This document shows positions 21,110 to 34,259 of a stretch of 64,000 nucleotides of DNA, one piece after another (the first letter of the stretch is position 1; each line of letters starts with the position of its first letter). The notes below the pieces were generated by a model. The model searched no databases and had not been told where the DNA came from. It saw only the letters and a program-made list of their open reading frames with translations. The position numbers were made by a program, and so were the translations under genes. The stretch is from an uncultured delta proteobacterium (GTDB lineage: Bacteria; Myxococcota_A; Polyangia; Haliangiales; Haliangiaceae), in assembly GCA_963848295.1 (NCBI GenBank), contig CAWKDB010000002.1, positions 576,001-640,000 of the forward strand, written 5' to 3'.

Positions 21110-23671
21110 TCAAACCAACGACTTGAGCTCTACCAGTAGGTTGAGCGCCTCGATCGGCGTCAAGCGGTTCGGATCGACGGCCACGAGCCTCGCGAGCGCG
21201 GGCGCCAACGGAGCCGCCGGGATCAGCGCGAGCTGCGCGGTCGAGCCGAGCTGCGCGCCGCCCTCGAGCTTGCCCATGATGTCGCGGGCGCGCGCGATCA
21301 CCCCGCCCGGCAAGCCCGCCAGGCGCGCGACGTCGATGCCGTAGCTGCGATTCGCGCCGCCCGGTACGACGCGGCGCAAGAACACGATCTCGCGCTTGCG
21401 CTCGTCCTCGCGCACCGCGACGTGAACGTTGCGGACCCGCGGCCGACTGTCGGCGAGCGCGACCAGCTCGTGATAGTGGGTCGCGAACAACGTGCGCGCG
21501 CCGATCGCGTCGTGGAGATGCTCGGCGACCGCCCACGCGATCGCGACGCCGTCGAACGTCGACGTGCCGCGGCCCACCTCGTCGAGCACGACCAGCGAGC
21601 GCCGGGTCGCTTGCGCGAGGATTGCCGCGGTCTCGCGCATCTCGACCATGAACGTCGAGTCGCCGCGCGACAGGTTGTCGGCGGCCCCGACGCGAGTGAA
21701 CACGCGATCACAGACGCCGACGGTCGCCGACGCCGCCGGCACGAAGCTGCCGATCTGCGCGAGCAGCGCGATCTGGGCGACCGCGCGCATGTAGGTCGAC
21801 TTGCCCGCCATGTTCGGGCCGGTCACCAGGACGAGCTGCTCGCGATCCGGATCGAGCCGGCAGTCGTTCGGGACGTAGCTGCCCGCGGCGAGCACCGCCT
21901 CGATCACGGGATGACGACCGTCGACGATGTCGAGGATGCCCGCATCGTCGACGAGCGGCCGGCAGTAGCCTCGGCGCGCGGCGACCTCGGCGAGCGAAGC
22001 GGCGGCGTCGCACACCGCGAGCGCGGCACCCGCGGCCGCGATCGGAGCGGCGAGCGTGGCGACCGCGGCGACCTCGGCCCTGAACAGCTCGAGCTCGCGT
22101 TCGGCGAGCCGTTCTTCGGCGGTCAACACCTTGCGCTCGAGCTCGGCGAGCTCGGCGGTGACATAGCGCTCGCCGTTCGCGATCGTCTGCTTCCGGACGA
22201 AGTGCGCCGGCACCTTGCCGAGGTGGCTCTTCGTGACCTCGAGGTAGTAGCCGAACACCCGGTTGTAGCGAACCTTGAGGCTCGCGATGCCGCTCGCGGT
22301 TTGCTCGCGGGCCTCGATCGCGAGGATCTCGTCTTTGCCGCCGTCGGCGAGGCGGCGGCATTCGTCGACGGTGGCGTCGTAGCCGGCGCGGATCGTTCCG
22401 CCGTCCTTGAGCTGAAACGGCGGCGCGTCGGCGAGCGCGCGGGTCAGCCGTTCGCAGATCACCGCGAGCCGCGAGTCGCTCGCGGCGGCGAGCTCGAGCA
22501 ACCCCGGCAGCTCGGCGAGGGCCCCGCGCGCTTCCGAACGCACGAGCGCGACGAGCTCGGGCAACAGATGGAGCGCGTCGCGCAGCCGGCCGAGGTCGCG
22601 CGGGGTCGCGACGCCGAGCGTGGCCTTGCCGGCGAGCCGCTCGAGATCCGCGATCCGCGACAGCGCGCGCCGCAGCTGCTCGGTCAGCGCCGGACGCGCG
22701 ACGAGATAGCCGACGGCATCGTGGCGCCGGCGGATCTGCGCGACGTCGACGAGCGGGTACAGCAGCCAACGCCGGAGCAAGCGCGCGCCCGGCGCGGTCA
22801 CCGTCTGATCGATGACGTCGAGCAGCGAGCCGGTGCGTTGCCGGCCGATCAGCGTCTCGACGAGCTCGAGGTTCGCGATCGCGGCTTCGTCGAGCACGAC
22901 CGAGTCGCCGGGTCGATACGCGACCAGCCGAGCGATCGGCAGCGCGCCGGTGGGCTGAGTCGCCCGGGCGTAGGCGACGACCGTCGCCGCGGCGCGGACC
23001 GCGAGCGGCTCGGCGTCGGTCGGCACCGCGATCGTGCGCAGCTCGGTCACCGCGCCGGCGTCGCTCGGCACGACCGCGGGATTCCACGCGACGCGATAGC
23101 GCGCGCGCACCGCCGCGAGCACACCGTCGAGCTCCTTCGCCGCGCCGAGCACCTCGCGCGGCGCGACCCGGACGAGCTCGTCGGCGATCGCGGCGAGCGG
23201 CAGCTCGGTCGCGAACAGCTCGCCGGTCGTCGCGTCGAGGTACGCGAGGCCGCAGCGCTGCTTCGTCGGCACGAGCGCGGCGACGAACCGCGGCGTCTTC
23301 GGATCGAGCACGTCGTCGTCGAGCACGATGCCCGGCGTCACGATCCGCACGACCTCGCGCCGCACGAGGCCCTTCGCGAGCCGCGCGTCTTCGACCTGCT
23401 CGCAGATCACGACCTTGTGGCCGAGCTCGGTCAGCTTCGCGATGTAGCCGCGCGCCGCGTGGTACGGCACGCCGCACATCGGCACCGCGTCGTCCTTGCC
23501 CTTGTCGCGCGTCGTCAGCGTGAGATCGAGCAACCGGCTCGCGAGCACGGCGTCCTCGAAGAACAGCTCGTAGAAGTCGCCGAGCCGGAACAGCACGAGC
23601 GCATCCTCGTGACGCTCCTTGACGTCGAGGTACTGCCGCATGAGCGGCGTGTCGGCAGGGCTGCGAGCCAC
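21110..23671 (-). CDS. mutS: DNA mismatch repair protein MutS
   Basis: [46 protein letters not shown]. Confidence 0.98.
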   Translation of the reverse strand: MARSPADTPLMRQYLDVKERHEDALVLFRLGDFYELFFEDAVLASRLLDLTLTTRDKGKDDAVPMCGVPYHAARGYIAKLTELGHKVVICEQVEDARLAKGLVRREVVRIVTPGIVLDDDVLDPKTPRFVAALVPTKQRCGLAYLDATTGELFATELPLAAIADELVRVAPREVLGAAKELDGVLAAVRARYRVAWNPAVVPSDAGAVTELRTIAVPTDAEPLAVRAAATVVAYARATQPTGALPIARLVAYRPGDSVVLDEAAIANLELVETLIGRQRTGSLLDVIDQTVTAPGARLLRRWLLYPLVDVAQIRRRHDAVGYLVARPALTEQLRRALSRIADLERLAGKATLGVATPRDLGRLRDALHLLPELVALVRSEARGALAELPGLLELAAASDSRLAVICERLTRALADAPPFQLKDGGTIRAGYDATVDECRRLADGGKDEILAIEAREQTASGIASLKVRYNRVFGYYLEVTKSHLGKVPAHFVRKQTIANGERYVTAELAELERKVLTAEERLAERELELFRAEVAAVATLAAPIAAAGAALAVCDAAASLAEVAARRGYCRPLVDDAGILDIVDGRHPVIEAVLAAGSYVPNDCRLDPDREQLVLVTGPNMAGKSTYMRAVAQIALLAQIGSFVPAASATVGVCDRVFTRVGAADNLSRGDSTFMVEMRETAAILAQATRRSLVVLDEVGRGTSTFDGVAIAWAVAEHLHDAIGARTLFATHYHELVALADSRPRVRNVHVAVREDERKREIVFLRRVVPGGANRSYGIDVARLAGLPGGVIARARDIMGKLEGGAQLGSTAQLALIPAAPLAPALARLVAVDPNRLTPIEALNLLVELKSLV

Positions 23672-23702
23672 CGCGGAGCCGTATCACGCCCCTACGACAG
23701 CG

Positions 23703-24401
23703 TTACTTGCACGCGTCGGCGCAGTGGCTCTCCATACACTCGTCGGTGCTCTTGATCTCGCTCCAGCAATCGTCCGCGGGGTCGCAGGTCTCGAAGCACG
23801 CACAGGCGGCGGTGGGCGACATATTGGCGCACTGCGCAGAGCAGCTCGATCCCGCACACCCCTGCGGCCCGCACATCGAGTCTTGACACGCCGTGCAAGC
23901 GCTGCTGTACAAGTTGGAGTAGCTCTCCACGACGATGCACGCGTTGGTCGCCGTCGCGGCGGGGACTGCCTTGGACGCGCTATGGCCCATCAGGTCGTCG
24001 TACTCCAGCATCGTCCCGGTCTGGCCGGAGGGAAGCTCGAACACGACGTCGCACGACAGGCTGCCGCCGGCGGCGACCGATGCATTTCCGATGCACGGCG
24101 TCGCGAGCTCGGTCTGCTGCGCGGCGACGTCGAGGACCAAGGCATGATCGGTCTCGAGCGTGAACAGCGTCGGCAAGGTCGATAGCGGCGTCGCGCTCGA
24201 GTCGTTGTGGAGCGTGAGCGAGATCTGCTCGAACGTCGACCCCGTGGGCGGAGCCTGCCCTGCGATCTGGTCCGGCGACGTCGCGCTCTTGACCGATAAC
24301 GTGGCGCTACTCTGCGAGCCGTCGGTGCCACAGCCGACCACGATCATCAGCGCCGCGCGTATCACCGAGCTGCGCCAGGTTCGGTTCGGTCGAGCATCCA
24401 T
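23703..24401 (-). CDS. Lipoprotein with DUF4352-like beta-sandwich and Cys-rich tail
   Basis: IVVGC lipobox; ISLTLHND..CDVVFELP; many C-terminal Cys; start uncertain (24365 or 24401). Confidence 0.7.
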   Translation of the reverse strand: MDARPNRTWRSSVIRAALMIVVGCGTDGSQSSATLSVKSATSPDQIAGQAPPTGSTFEQISLTLHNDSSATPLSTLPTLFTLETDHALVLDVAAQQTELATPCIGNASVAAGGSLSCDVVFELPSGQTGTMLEYDDLMGHSASKAVPAATATNACIVVESYSNLYSSACTACQDSMCGPQGCAGSSCSAQCANMSPTAACACFETCDPADDCWSEIKSTDECMESHCADACK

Positions 24402-24472
24402 GGAGCGGTTCATCGCACGACTAACGCGAATCGGCGGCGGCAGTCGCACGATGTCTCGGAGCTGTTACTCGC

Positions 24473-25935
24473 TCAGCCCGCCGCGATCCGCCCCGACATG
24501 CTCACGCCCGCCCCAAGATCTTCGTTCGCATCGAACGGTAGGCTCGTGCCGTCGCGCCATTGCCGGAGCTCGACCTGCGGCGGGCCACCGACCCGCGGCT
24601 GGATCTTGACGTGCGTGAAGCTGCGACGCAGTCCAGGCCGGGTCGCCGGCAGCCATGTGCCGGCGTTGACGTAGAGGCCGCCGCCGCGGATCGGTTGCCA
24701 GCGCGGGTCGTGGGTATGACCGAACACGACGAGTGGGGCGTCGACGAGCTTGCCGATCCGCTCGGGAATCGATCGCATCGGCAGCTGCGAGGTCACCATG
24801 TGCTTGCCGAGCCAGCGCTGGGTCGCGACCGCGCCCGCGACGACCGCGGCGGTCCCGAGCAGCAGCCACAACAGCGGCGCGAGGATCAGCAGCGCGAGGA
24901 TCACGACCGCACCGCCGGTGATCAGGCCGAACTTGTCGAGCATCAGCATGCGGCCGAGCCGGCGCCAGCTGATCGTGAGCGGCGAGCGCGCGAGCCGATC
25001 GATCGCACGCGCGGTATCGAGCGGCACGCCGCCGGCCTCGGCGACCTGGACGATGCGCTCGCGATGGACCCGGCGTCGGCGATCGCGGCGGCGCAGCGAC
25101 TGATGCAACGCGCGCGCCCCGACGAGCGACCACGCGAACCGCGCGTACGCGACCCACAACCGGGTCGAACGAGCGAATGCCCGAGCTCCCACGCGTAACG
25201 CAGGTAGCCGCTGAAGCCCCACTCCTCGATGCCGTGCGGATCGAGATCGGGGACCGCCCTGCCGAGGTAACGGATCGCCGCGTAGTCGGCGTTGTAGACC
25301 AGGCGGCCGTCTTTGGGATCGGTCGGCGCGAGGTTGAACTCGAACGAGCAGCCCTCGTCGTAGACGTGGCCGTGCTCGATCCAGGCGACACCCGGCACGT
25401 AGATGAACCACGGCACGACGCGGATCCGCGCGAGCGCCCGATCGGCGGCGGCCCGGCCGCTGCGGGTGACGTCCGACGGCGTCGCGCTCCGCAGCTGGCG
25501 CTCGAATTCGGCGATGACCTCGGGCTCGAGCAGCTCGACGTCGTGGTTGCCGACGATGACCTCGATCGTGTGCCCCGCCGCCGCGAACCGCACGAGGTCG
25601 GCGAGCAACGGCACGTGGTGCTCGCAGATCTCCCGGACCCGCACGACGCCCGCCTTCACGCCGCGCCCGAGGCCGAGCCGACGCTCGTCGGCGGACCGCG
25701 CCGGCAGCTCTTTGGTCGAGGCGACCACGACCGACATGAAGTCGAACAAGTCGCCTGCGATCACCAGCCGCCACGGGCGACCGTCACTGCGCCGCGCCGC
25801 GTGGTACCGCAAGAACTCGCGAAACGCGGCGTCGCCGAGCTCGACCGCGCGCCGGCGCTCCGACGATGCTCCGGGCAAGAGCTCCTCGCCGAAGTGCAGA
25901 TCAGACACGACCAAGATGTTGGAGACTTCAGCCAC
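24473..25935 (-). CDS. Calcineurin-like metallophosphoesterase with TM segment; frameshifted near 25165-25185
   Basis: SDLH, GDLFD, GNHD, EHGH in ORF 24943-25935; VFGHTH and YVNAGTW in the frame ending at 24473. Confidence 0.85.
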
Positions 25936-26070
25936 GCGCGCTCACTCTCACTGTGACGGTTCGAGCGGCACGGTACAATGATCAGATCCGCATCGCGACC
26001 CGTTATCCGCGATCCAGCATCTGTGGCTAACGCCGCGCCCGGACAGTAGATTCCGTGGTATTTCGGCACG

Positions 26071-28217
<2,147 letters not shown>

Positions 28218-28221
<4 letters not shown>

Positions 28222-28589
28222 TTTCGCGCTCGATGACTCGCTGGCTGTTGTTGTGCCTGGTCGCGGGCGCGTGTGGTGGAACGGGGGCGCGCTCGGAGTG
28301 CGCCGAGGGCGGCGCGCTCACCGATTGTCCCGACGCCGATCACACGCCCGAGGCGGCCTGTTGGCGGCTCGTCGATTGCGGCGCGATTCCGGCACAATCG
28401 ACCGGGGACAACAATGCATTCGATTACGGCCGATGCATCGATCGGATCGAAGGCCTCGACGACGCGGCGGAGGAGCTCGCGATCGATTGCATCGCCGCCT
28501 CGACGTGCGACGCGCTCAAGGTCGACGGCTCACCGGATCAACCGAACGCCGGCCAGATCCATTGCTTCTTGATCGCGGGGCAGAACTAG
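28218..28589 (+). CDS. Cys-rich lipoprotein
   Basis: LVAGAC lipobox; ATGA overlap with the upstream stop. Confidence 0.75.
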
Positions 28590-30316
28590 TGCGCGCGGTC
28601 GTCGTGGTCGGCGTCGCGCTCGCGGTGCTGATCGGTGCCGGTCGTGCCCACGCTCAGCCCGCCGATGTTCCGGGCCTGATCAAGCTCATCACCGATCAGC
28701 CGGCAGACATGGATCGGTCGACGTGGAAGGAGAAGCGCCGCGACGCCGCGCGCAAGCTCGCCGAGACCAAAGACAAGCGCGCGACGCCGGTGCTCACCAA
28801 GCTCGCCGAATCCGAGACGTTCGACATCATCGGCGAGATCGCGATCGAGGGGCTCGGCACGCTCGGCGACCAGGACGCGGTCCCGACCCTGCAACGGATC
28901 GCGGCCGACAGCTCGCGCGACAAGGATCAGCGCGACCTCGCCCGCAAAGCGCTGGCCAAGCTCGGCGCGGCGGAGCTGCCGCCCGGCGCGACCGGCGGCG
29001 GCACGACCGGAGGTAGCGGCGACACCGGCACGACCGGGCTCGACACCGGAAAGCCGCTCGACACCGGGACCACGCCGCTCGACACGGGATCGACCGGCTC
29101 GGATCTGACCCGCAGCCATGGACCGACCGATCTGCCGCCGCTGCCGGAGCTGCCCGACGACACGCTCGCGTCGTACGACCGGCTCCAGATCGCGGGCGGG
29201 ACCGCCGGGCTGCAATACGACACGGTCCGCAAGGAGCTCGACTTCAACGCCGACATCGCGGCGAGCTTGCAGCGTCGCGTCGAGCGCACGAAGCTCGCGT
29301 GGGGCTACGATGCCGGCGGCGAGCTCGTGACCGGGTTCATCAACCCCGAGGGTCGCGCGCAGTCGCGCGGTGCGCAACTCGATGTCAGCGGCGACGGCGA
29401 GGGTCGCTACTACCTCGGCGACGCCTACGGCATCGCGCGCGCCGCGGTCGCGGTGCAGATGGACTACACCGCGTATATCGACGGCAACAATCCGGGCAAC
29501 GACTTCAAGGACACGCGGTTCTCGGCCGATGGCGAGATCGCGGTCGGCGGTGGCTATGGTCGCCAGCTCGATGTCGGCTCGGCGATCCGCGTGCGCCGGC
29601 TCGCCCGCGCGCTCGACGCGAATCGCGCGCTCGGCCGACCGATCGACGCCGCGACCGCGAAGAAGCTGCAGCTGACCTGGTGGGCGCTGCGCTCGGAGCG
29701 GACCACGTATCGCACGCTGATCGCGACCGTCGCGATCCTGCGCGAAGCCGGGATCTTGTTGAGCGAGCCCGACGCCGGCCTGACCTACGAGATCCTCAAC
29801 GTCTTGCGCGACTCGTGGCTGTACGCGCGGCCGAGCGGGTTCGATGCGAACCTCGTGTTCGGCGAAGGCTACTTGCAGCGCCCGGCCGACCCGATGATCG
29901 AGAGCGGCCAATACTCGCAGCTGCTGCTCTCGGCCGGCTACGCCACGAGCATCGACGACGACAAGTTGCAGCTGTCCGGCAACGCCTACGGGCGCTATCG
30001 CCTGCTCGCCCCGATGGGCGCGCCCTCGCCGTGGGCGCTCGGTGCGACCGGCGAGCTCCAGCGCTTCACGTATGCCGAGCACGGCGATCCGATCGGCGCG
30101 ATCGACCTCACCGCGACGCTCGCGACGTCGAGCGACGACATCATGGGCGTCGACAAGGGGCTGAGCATCGGCGGGCAGATCGGATTCACGTATTTTCTGA
30201 ATCCGGCGTCGGGAATTCGGCTCGCGGGATCCCTGGTGGAAGATGGCGGGAACCTATTTGTCGGGGCGCAGCTGCAGGCGACCTACGGGCTGCTCGAAGG
30301 ATCGTTTGCGAGGTGA
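28589..30316 (+). CDS. Exported protein: HEAT repeats, Gly/Thr linker, probable beta-barrel
   Basis: Signal peptide ending AHA|QP; HEAT units (ARKALAKLG); amphipathic beta-strand C-terminal half. Confidence 0.8.
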   Translation: MRAVVVVGVALAVLIGAGRAHAQPADVPGLIKLITDQPADMDRSTWKEKRRDAARKLAETKDKRATPVLTKLAESETFDIIGEIAIEGLGTLGDQDAVPTLQRIAADSSRDKDQRDLARKALAKLGAAELPPGATGGGTTGGSGDTGTTGLDTGKPLDTGTTPLDTGSTGSDLTRSHGPTDLPPLPELPDDTLASYDRLQIAGGTAGLQYDTVRKELDFNADIAASLQRRVERTKLAWGYDAGGELVTGFINPEGRAQSRGAQLDVSGDGEGRYYLGDAYGIARAAVAVQMDYTAYIDGNNPGNDFKDTRFSADGEIAVGGGYGRQLDVGSAIRVRRLARALDANRALGRPIDAATAKKLQLTWWALRSERTTYRTLIATVAILREAGILLSEPDAGLTYEILNVLRDSWLYARPSGFDANLVFGEGYLQRPADPMIESGQYSQLLLSAGYATSIDDDKLQLSGNAYGRYRLLAPMGAPSPWALGATGELQRFTYAEHGDPIGAIDLTATLATSSDDIMGVDKGLSIGGQIGFTYFLNPASGIRLAGSLVEDGGNLFVGAQLQATYGLLEGSFAR

Positions 30317-30320
30317 GGTT

Positions 30321-30393
30321 TGGGCGTTCGGGGAAATTGATCAATTGATCAACAGGCGACGGGCAACAGGCAACAGGCAACAGCAGGCGTTTG
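30321..30393 (+). repeat. Arm type L of paired REP/MITE-like element
   Basis: GGGGAAATTGATCAATTGATCAACAGGCGACGGGCAACAGGCAACAGGCAA. Confidence 0.85.
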
Positions 30394-30440
30394 CGCGCGC
30401 GTTCGGAGCGCAGCGGCTCATCTCCTCCGAACGGAGACCG

Positions 30441-30803
30441 CTACTGCGAGTAGGGCGTGCCGTCCCAGGTGATGACGTCGCTCTCGACGTCGTAGCTCGC
30501 GCCGTTGGCGAGCGCCGGGGTCGTCCCGACGATCACGACGCCGGAGCACTGGAGCGTGCCGGTCGCGTCCACGTCCATGATGAGCGACTCGAAGGCGGTA
30601 TCGGTCGCGTCGGCGGCGCTGAACCGCAGCGTCCACCGGCACGGCGGCGTGTCGCTGGGTCCGCAGGTCATCGCGTTGACCGACTGATAGGTCGTGCCCT
30701 CGAAGATCGAGCAGCGACCCGGGCCGGTGATCGGCGCATCGACCGCGACCGCCGCGCCGCCACCGCAAGCTGCTACCGCACACAGCAACGAGGCTATACG
30801 CAC
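30441..30803 (-). CDS. Small lipoprotein enclosed by the inverted repeat arms
   Basis: VRIASLLCAVAAC lipobox; 120 aa. Confidence 0.75.
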   Translation of the reverse strand: MRIASLLCAVAACGGGAAVAVDAPITGPGRCSIFEGTTYQSVNAMTCGPSDTPPCRWTLRFSAADATDTAFESLIMDVDATGTLQCSGVVIVGTTPALANGASYDVESDVITWDGTPYSQ

Positions 30804-30887
30804 CCGCAAATCGTAACGCCGTTTCTCCAGCTCGGGCGGGCCCGACCGCCGACTGCCGCGATCGGCGATCGGTCGTGCGAGCCCCGG

Positions 30888-30943
30888 GCAAACCTCCGGC
30901 ATTGCCTGTTGCCTGTCGCCTGTTGATCAATTGATCAATTTCC
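30888..30943 (-). repeat. Arm type R of paired element, inverted relative to the 30321 arm
   Basis: Reverse complement GGAAATTGATCAATTGATCAACAGGCGACAGGCAACAGGCAATGCCGGAGGTTTGC. Confidence 0.85.
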
Positions 30944-30982
30944 GCCCTTGAATTGGTCGGACCTTTCGGGCAAGCTGTCGAT

Positions 30983-32884
30983 ATGAGCCGACTAAGCGCG
31001 CGCCAGCACGAGACCCTCGTGGCCGTGGCTGAGGCCGCGCTTCCCGCCGGACGGATCTTGCCGGCGGCCGGCGAAGCGACAGTCGACAAGGTCGAGCGCT
31101 TCCTCGATCACCTGCCGAGCATGCTCGCGCACGGGCTCGGCGGCTTGCTCGCCGGGCTCGACGCCGCGGCGTGGCTCCATGGCTCGCGATCATTCGCGCG
31201 GGCGTCGGCGGATAAACGGCTGCGGATCTTGGAGAGCTGGCGCACCGGCGACGCGGTGCGTCGACTGGCGCTGCGCGCGGTGGTCAGCCCGCTCAAGATC
31301 TCGCACTTCGACAGCCCGGACCTTTATCGCCAGCTCGGTTGCGTCTACGACACGAGCATCAAGGCCGAGGCGAAGCCTGCCTACATGCGCGAGCGCGTCC
31401 ATCGCGGTGATCAGCTCGGCGGCGACCTCGCGGTCGAGTGCGATGTCGTCGTGATCGGGACCGGCGCGGGTGGCGCGGTGGTCGGGCGCGAGCTCGCCGA
31501 GGCGGGCCTCGCCGTGGTGTTCGTCGAGGAGGGTCACTACTTCGACCGCTCGCACTTCACCGGTCGCTCGTTCGACATGCAGCAACGGCTGTATCGCCGC
31601 GGCGGTTCGACGTTCTCCATCGGCAACGTCGCGATTCCGATCCCGATCGGCCAGAGCGTGGGCGGCACGACGACGGTGAACTCCGGCACCTGTTACCGCA
31701 CACCCGAGCGCGTTCTCGAACATTGGCGCACCGAGCTCGGGCTCGACGAGCTCGGCGCCGCCGCGATGGCGCCGTACTTCGATCGCGTCGAAGCCGTGCT
31801 CGGCGTCGAACCGGCGAAGCGCGAGCTGCTCGGCGGCAACGGCCGCGTGATCGCGCGCGGTTGTCGCGAGCTGGGATTCACGAAGCACGGGCCGCTGCGC
31901 CGCAACGCGCCCGCGTGCGACGGCCAAGGCGTGTGCTGCTTCGGCTGCCCGACCGACGCGAAGCGGTCGACGAACGTGTCGTACATCCCGCTCGCGTTGC
32001 GCGCCGGCGCGGAGCTGTTCACCGGCGCGAAGATGACGCGCGTGATCGTCGAGGGTGGCCAGGCGCGCGGCATCGTCGCGCACACGCCGGAGGGCGCGAC
32101 CCTGACGGTCCGCGCGCGCTCGGTGGTGATCGCCTGCGGCACGTTGCTGACGCCGCTCGTGCTCGGCGCACAGCACCTGGGCAACGCGAGCGGCCAGCTC
32201 GGCAAGAACCTCTCGATCCATCCGGCGGCCGGCGCGCTCGCCGAGTTCGACGAACAGATCCTGCCGTGGAACGGCATCCCGCAGGGCTACGCGATCGAAG
32301 ACCTGCACGACGAGGGCATCCTGTTCGAAGGCGCGATGGTGCCGCTCGAGCTGTCGATGAGCATGACCCAGCTGATCGGCCCCGAGCTCGTGCGACTCGC
32401 CGAGAGCTTCGATCACGTCGCGAGCTTCGGCTTCATGGTCTCGGACACGTCCCGCGGTCAGGTCACCGAGCTGATGGGCCAGCCGGTGATCCGCTACTGG
32501 CTGGGCGATGCGGACATCGCCCACATCAAGCGCGCGCTCGACGTGCTCGCCCAGATCTTCTTTGCGGCCGGCGCGCGTCGCGTCCACTTCCCGATCGCCG
32601 GCTTCGACGTCATGAGCTCCCCCGCCGACCTCGCGGCGCTGCGCCGCTCGAAGGTCAACGCCTGGGATCTGGACCTCTCGGCGTATCACCCGCTCGGCAC
32701 CGCGCGGATGGGGCGCGATCCGGGGAGCTCGGTCGTCGATGGCGACCACCAAGTGCACGATACCCGCGGGCTGTATGTCGTCGATGGCTCGGCGGTGCCG
32801 TCCGCGCTCGGTGTCAACCCGCAGGTCACGATCATGGCGCTCGCGACGCGCGCCGCCGAGAAGATCGCGGCTCACCTCGGCTGA
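30983..32884 (+). CDS. GMC-family FAD oxidoreductase
   Basis: VIGTGAGG, GGTTTVN, YHPLGTARMG, VVDGS, GVNPQVTI. Confidence 0.92.
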   Translation: MSRLSARQHETLVAVAEAALPAGRILPAAGEATVDKVERFLDHLPSMLAHGLGGLLAGLDAAAWLHGSRSFARASADKRLRILESWRTGDAVRRLALRAVVSPLKISHFDSPDLYRQLGCVYDTSIKAEAKPAYMRERVHRGDQLGGDLAVECDVVVIGTGAGGAVVGRELAEAGLAVVFVEEGHYFDRSHFTGRSFDMQQRLYRRGGSTFSIGNVAIPIPIGQSVGGTTTVNSGTCYRTPERVLEHWRTELGLDELGAAAMAPYFDRVEAVLGVEPAKRELLGGNGRVIARGCRELGFTKHGPLRRNAPACDGQGVCCFGCPTDAKRSTNVSYIPLALRAGAELFTGAKMTRVIVEGGQARGIVAHTPEGATLTVRARSVVIACGTLLTPLVLGAQHLGNASGQLGKNLSIHPAAGALAEFDEQILPWNGIPQGYAIEDLHDEGILFEGAMVPLELSMSMTQLIGPELVRLAESFDHVASFGFMVSDTSRGQVTELMGQPVIRYWLGDADIAHIKRALDVLAQIFFAAGARRVHFPIAGFDVMSSPADLAALRRSKVNAWDLDLSAYHPLGTARMGRDPGSSVVDGDHQVHDTRGLYVVDGSAVPSALGVNPQVTIMALATRAAEKIAAHLG

Positions 32885-32885
32885 G

Positions 32886-32946
32886 TCACGGATTTCTGAG
32901 AGGCGCGCTCGGGTTTCCGCGCGGTTGCGCCGGCACGGCTCGTGCT
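32886..32946 (+). promoter_or_regulatory. Upstream box plus sigma54-type promoter, copy 1
   Basis: TCACGGATTTCTGAGAG at 32886; GGCACGGCTCGTGC at 32932-32945. Confidence 0.65.
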
Positions 32947-32958
32947 GTGCACCAGGCC

Positions 32959-33501
32959 GTGCGCACCCTCGCCCTCGCCGTCGTCGCGTCCCTCGCAACC
33001 ACCGCCGGCGCGAGCCCGTTCACCGTGGGTGTCGCGGGCGGGTGGACGCAAAGCGCGAGTGACTCGAGCTCGGCCCCGAACGACGATTGGCAGCTGTGGG
33101 CCCGGCTCCATGTCTGGCGCGCCCTGTCGACCCAGCTCGAGTGGCACAAGCTAGACAACGACAACGCGGTCGCGATGGGCACGGTCAACGCGATCGCGAT
33201 CCTCGACCTGATGCACGGCCAGTGGGTCCCGTTCGTGCTCGCCGGCGTCGGCGTCGATTACGGAGAGAACACGAGCGCGGCGGGCAATGGCGCGGACGTC
33301 GCGGCCGGCGTCGGGTTCGAGTACCGCAGCCCGGGCGGCGTCGTCGTCGGGATCGATGCGCGGATCGGCACGCGCGCGGTCAGCCAACCGGAATACGCTA
33401 CCCCGATATGCAACTTCTGCGCGTTCCAGGCGCCGCCCGACCTCGCGCTGGCCAACGGTGAATACCGCGCGGTCCGGCTCGCGGTCGGGCTTCACTTCTA
33501 G
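32959..33501 (+). CDS. Small outer-membrane beta-barrel protein, paralog 1
   Basis: Signal peptide ending AGA|SPF; PFVLAGVG, AGVGFEYR; terminal LHF. Confidence 0.8.
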   Translation: MRTLALAVVASLATTAGASPFTVGVAGGWTQSASDSSSAPNDDWQLWARLHVWRALSTQLEWHKLDNDNAVAMGTVNAIAILDLMHGQWVPFVLAGVGVDYGENTSAAGNGADVAAGVGFEYRSPGGVVVGIDARIGTRAVSQPEYATPICNFCAFQAPPDLALANGEYRAVRLAVGLHF

Positions 33502-33527
33502 TCAGCGGTCGTTCGCACGTCTAGCGC

Positions 33528-33588
33528 TCACGGATTTCTGAGAGCGCGCGACCCGATCCCCGCGGCTTACGCCGGCACGAGTCGTGCT
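33528..33588 (+). promoter_or_regulatory. Upstream box plus sigma54-type promoter, copy 2
   Basis: TCACGGATTTCTGAGAG at 33528; GGCACGAGTCGTGC at 33574-33587. Confidence 0.65.
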
Positions 33589-33600
33589 GAGTGCGACTCC

Positions 33601-34149
33601 ATGATCGGGACAAGACTCCTCGCTTCGACGGTCGCTGCGGTGTCCGCCGTCTCGGCGGTCGCCACCGCGAGCCCTTTCTCCGCCGGCGCCAGCATCGGCC
33701 GCGCGCAGAGCGCTGATGACTCCGACAACACCGACCCGAACACGACGTGGGGCCTGTGGGGTCGGATGCGCGTGGCCGGGCTCTTGTCGACTCAGGTCGA
33801 GCTCTACAAATACGACAACGTCGACGGTGCGGCGATGGGCACGTTGAACGGCGTCGCGATCGTCGACTTGAGACGGCACGGGCACTTGATTCCGATCGCG
33901 CTCGCCGGGGTCGGCGTCGACTGGACCAACGGCGACCAGAGCGGGTTCGACGTCGCGGCCGGCGTCGGGCTCGAATATCGGGCCGATGGCGGGTTCATCG
34001 TCGGGCTCGACGCGCGGCTCGGCACGCGCTCGGTGTCGTCGCCGGATGAGCCGACCGGCTGTAACGAGTGTCTGTACGCCGTCGCGCCAACCGACTTCCG
34101 CGGCGGCGAGTACCGCGCGGTCCGCCTCGCGGTCGGCGTGCATTTCTGA
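33601..34149 (+). CDS. Small outer-membrane beta-barrel protein, paralog 2
   Basis: Homologous to 32959-33501 (SPF.., GEYRAVRLAVG.HF). Confidence 0.82.
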   Translation: MIGTRLLASTVAAVSAVSAVATASPFSAGASIGRAQSADDSDNTDPNTTWGLWGRMRVAGLLSTQVELYKYDNVDGAAMGTLNGVAIVDLRRHGHLIPIALAGVGVDWTNGDQSGFDVAAGVGLEYRADGGFIVGLDARLGTRSVSSPDEPTGCNECLYAVAPTDFRGGEYRAVRLAVGVHF

Positions 34150-34259
34150 TCCGGCGCGCATGTCAGCGCTTTCGCGTCGGCCACGGTAACGGCAACGGCG
34201 TCGGCTCCGGCGCGTTTGAGTCCGGTAAAGGGTGCCGGAATCATCGTCGGCGGGCGCGC

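Noticed and set aside
15652..23755. Very long antisense ORFs (e.g. 17772-21038, 21422-23755)
   Set aside because: Shadow frames of real minus-strand genes, expected from high GC3 codon bias
30337..30352. FNR box in TTGATCAATTGATCAA
   Set aside because: Half-site spacing is 6, not 4, and the motif belongs to the dispersed repeat
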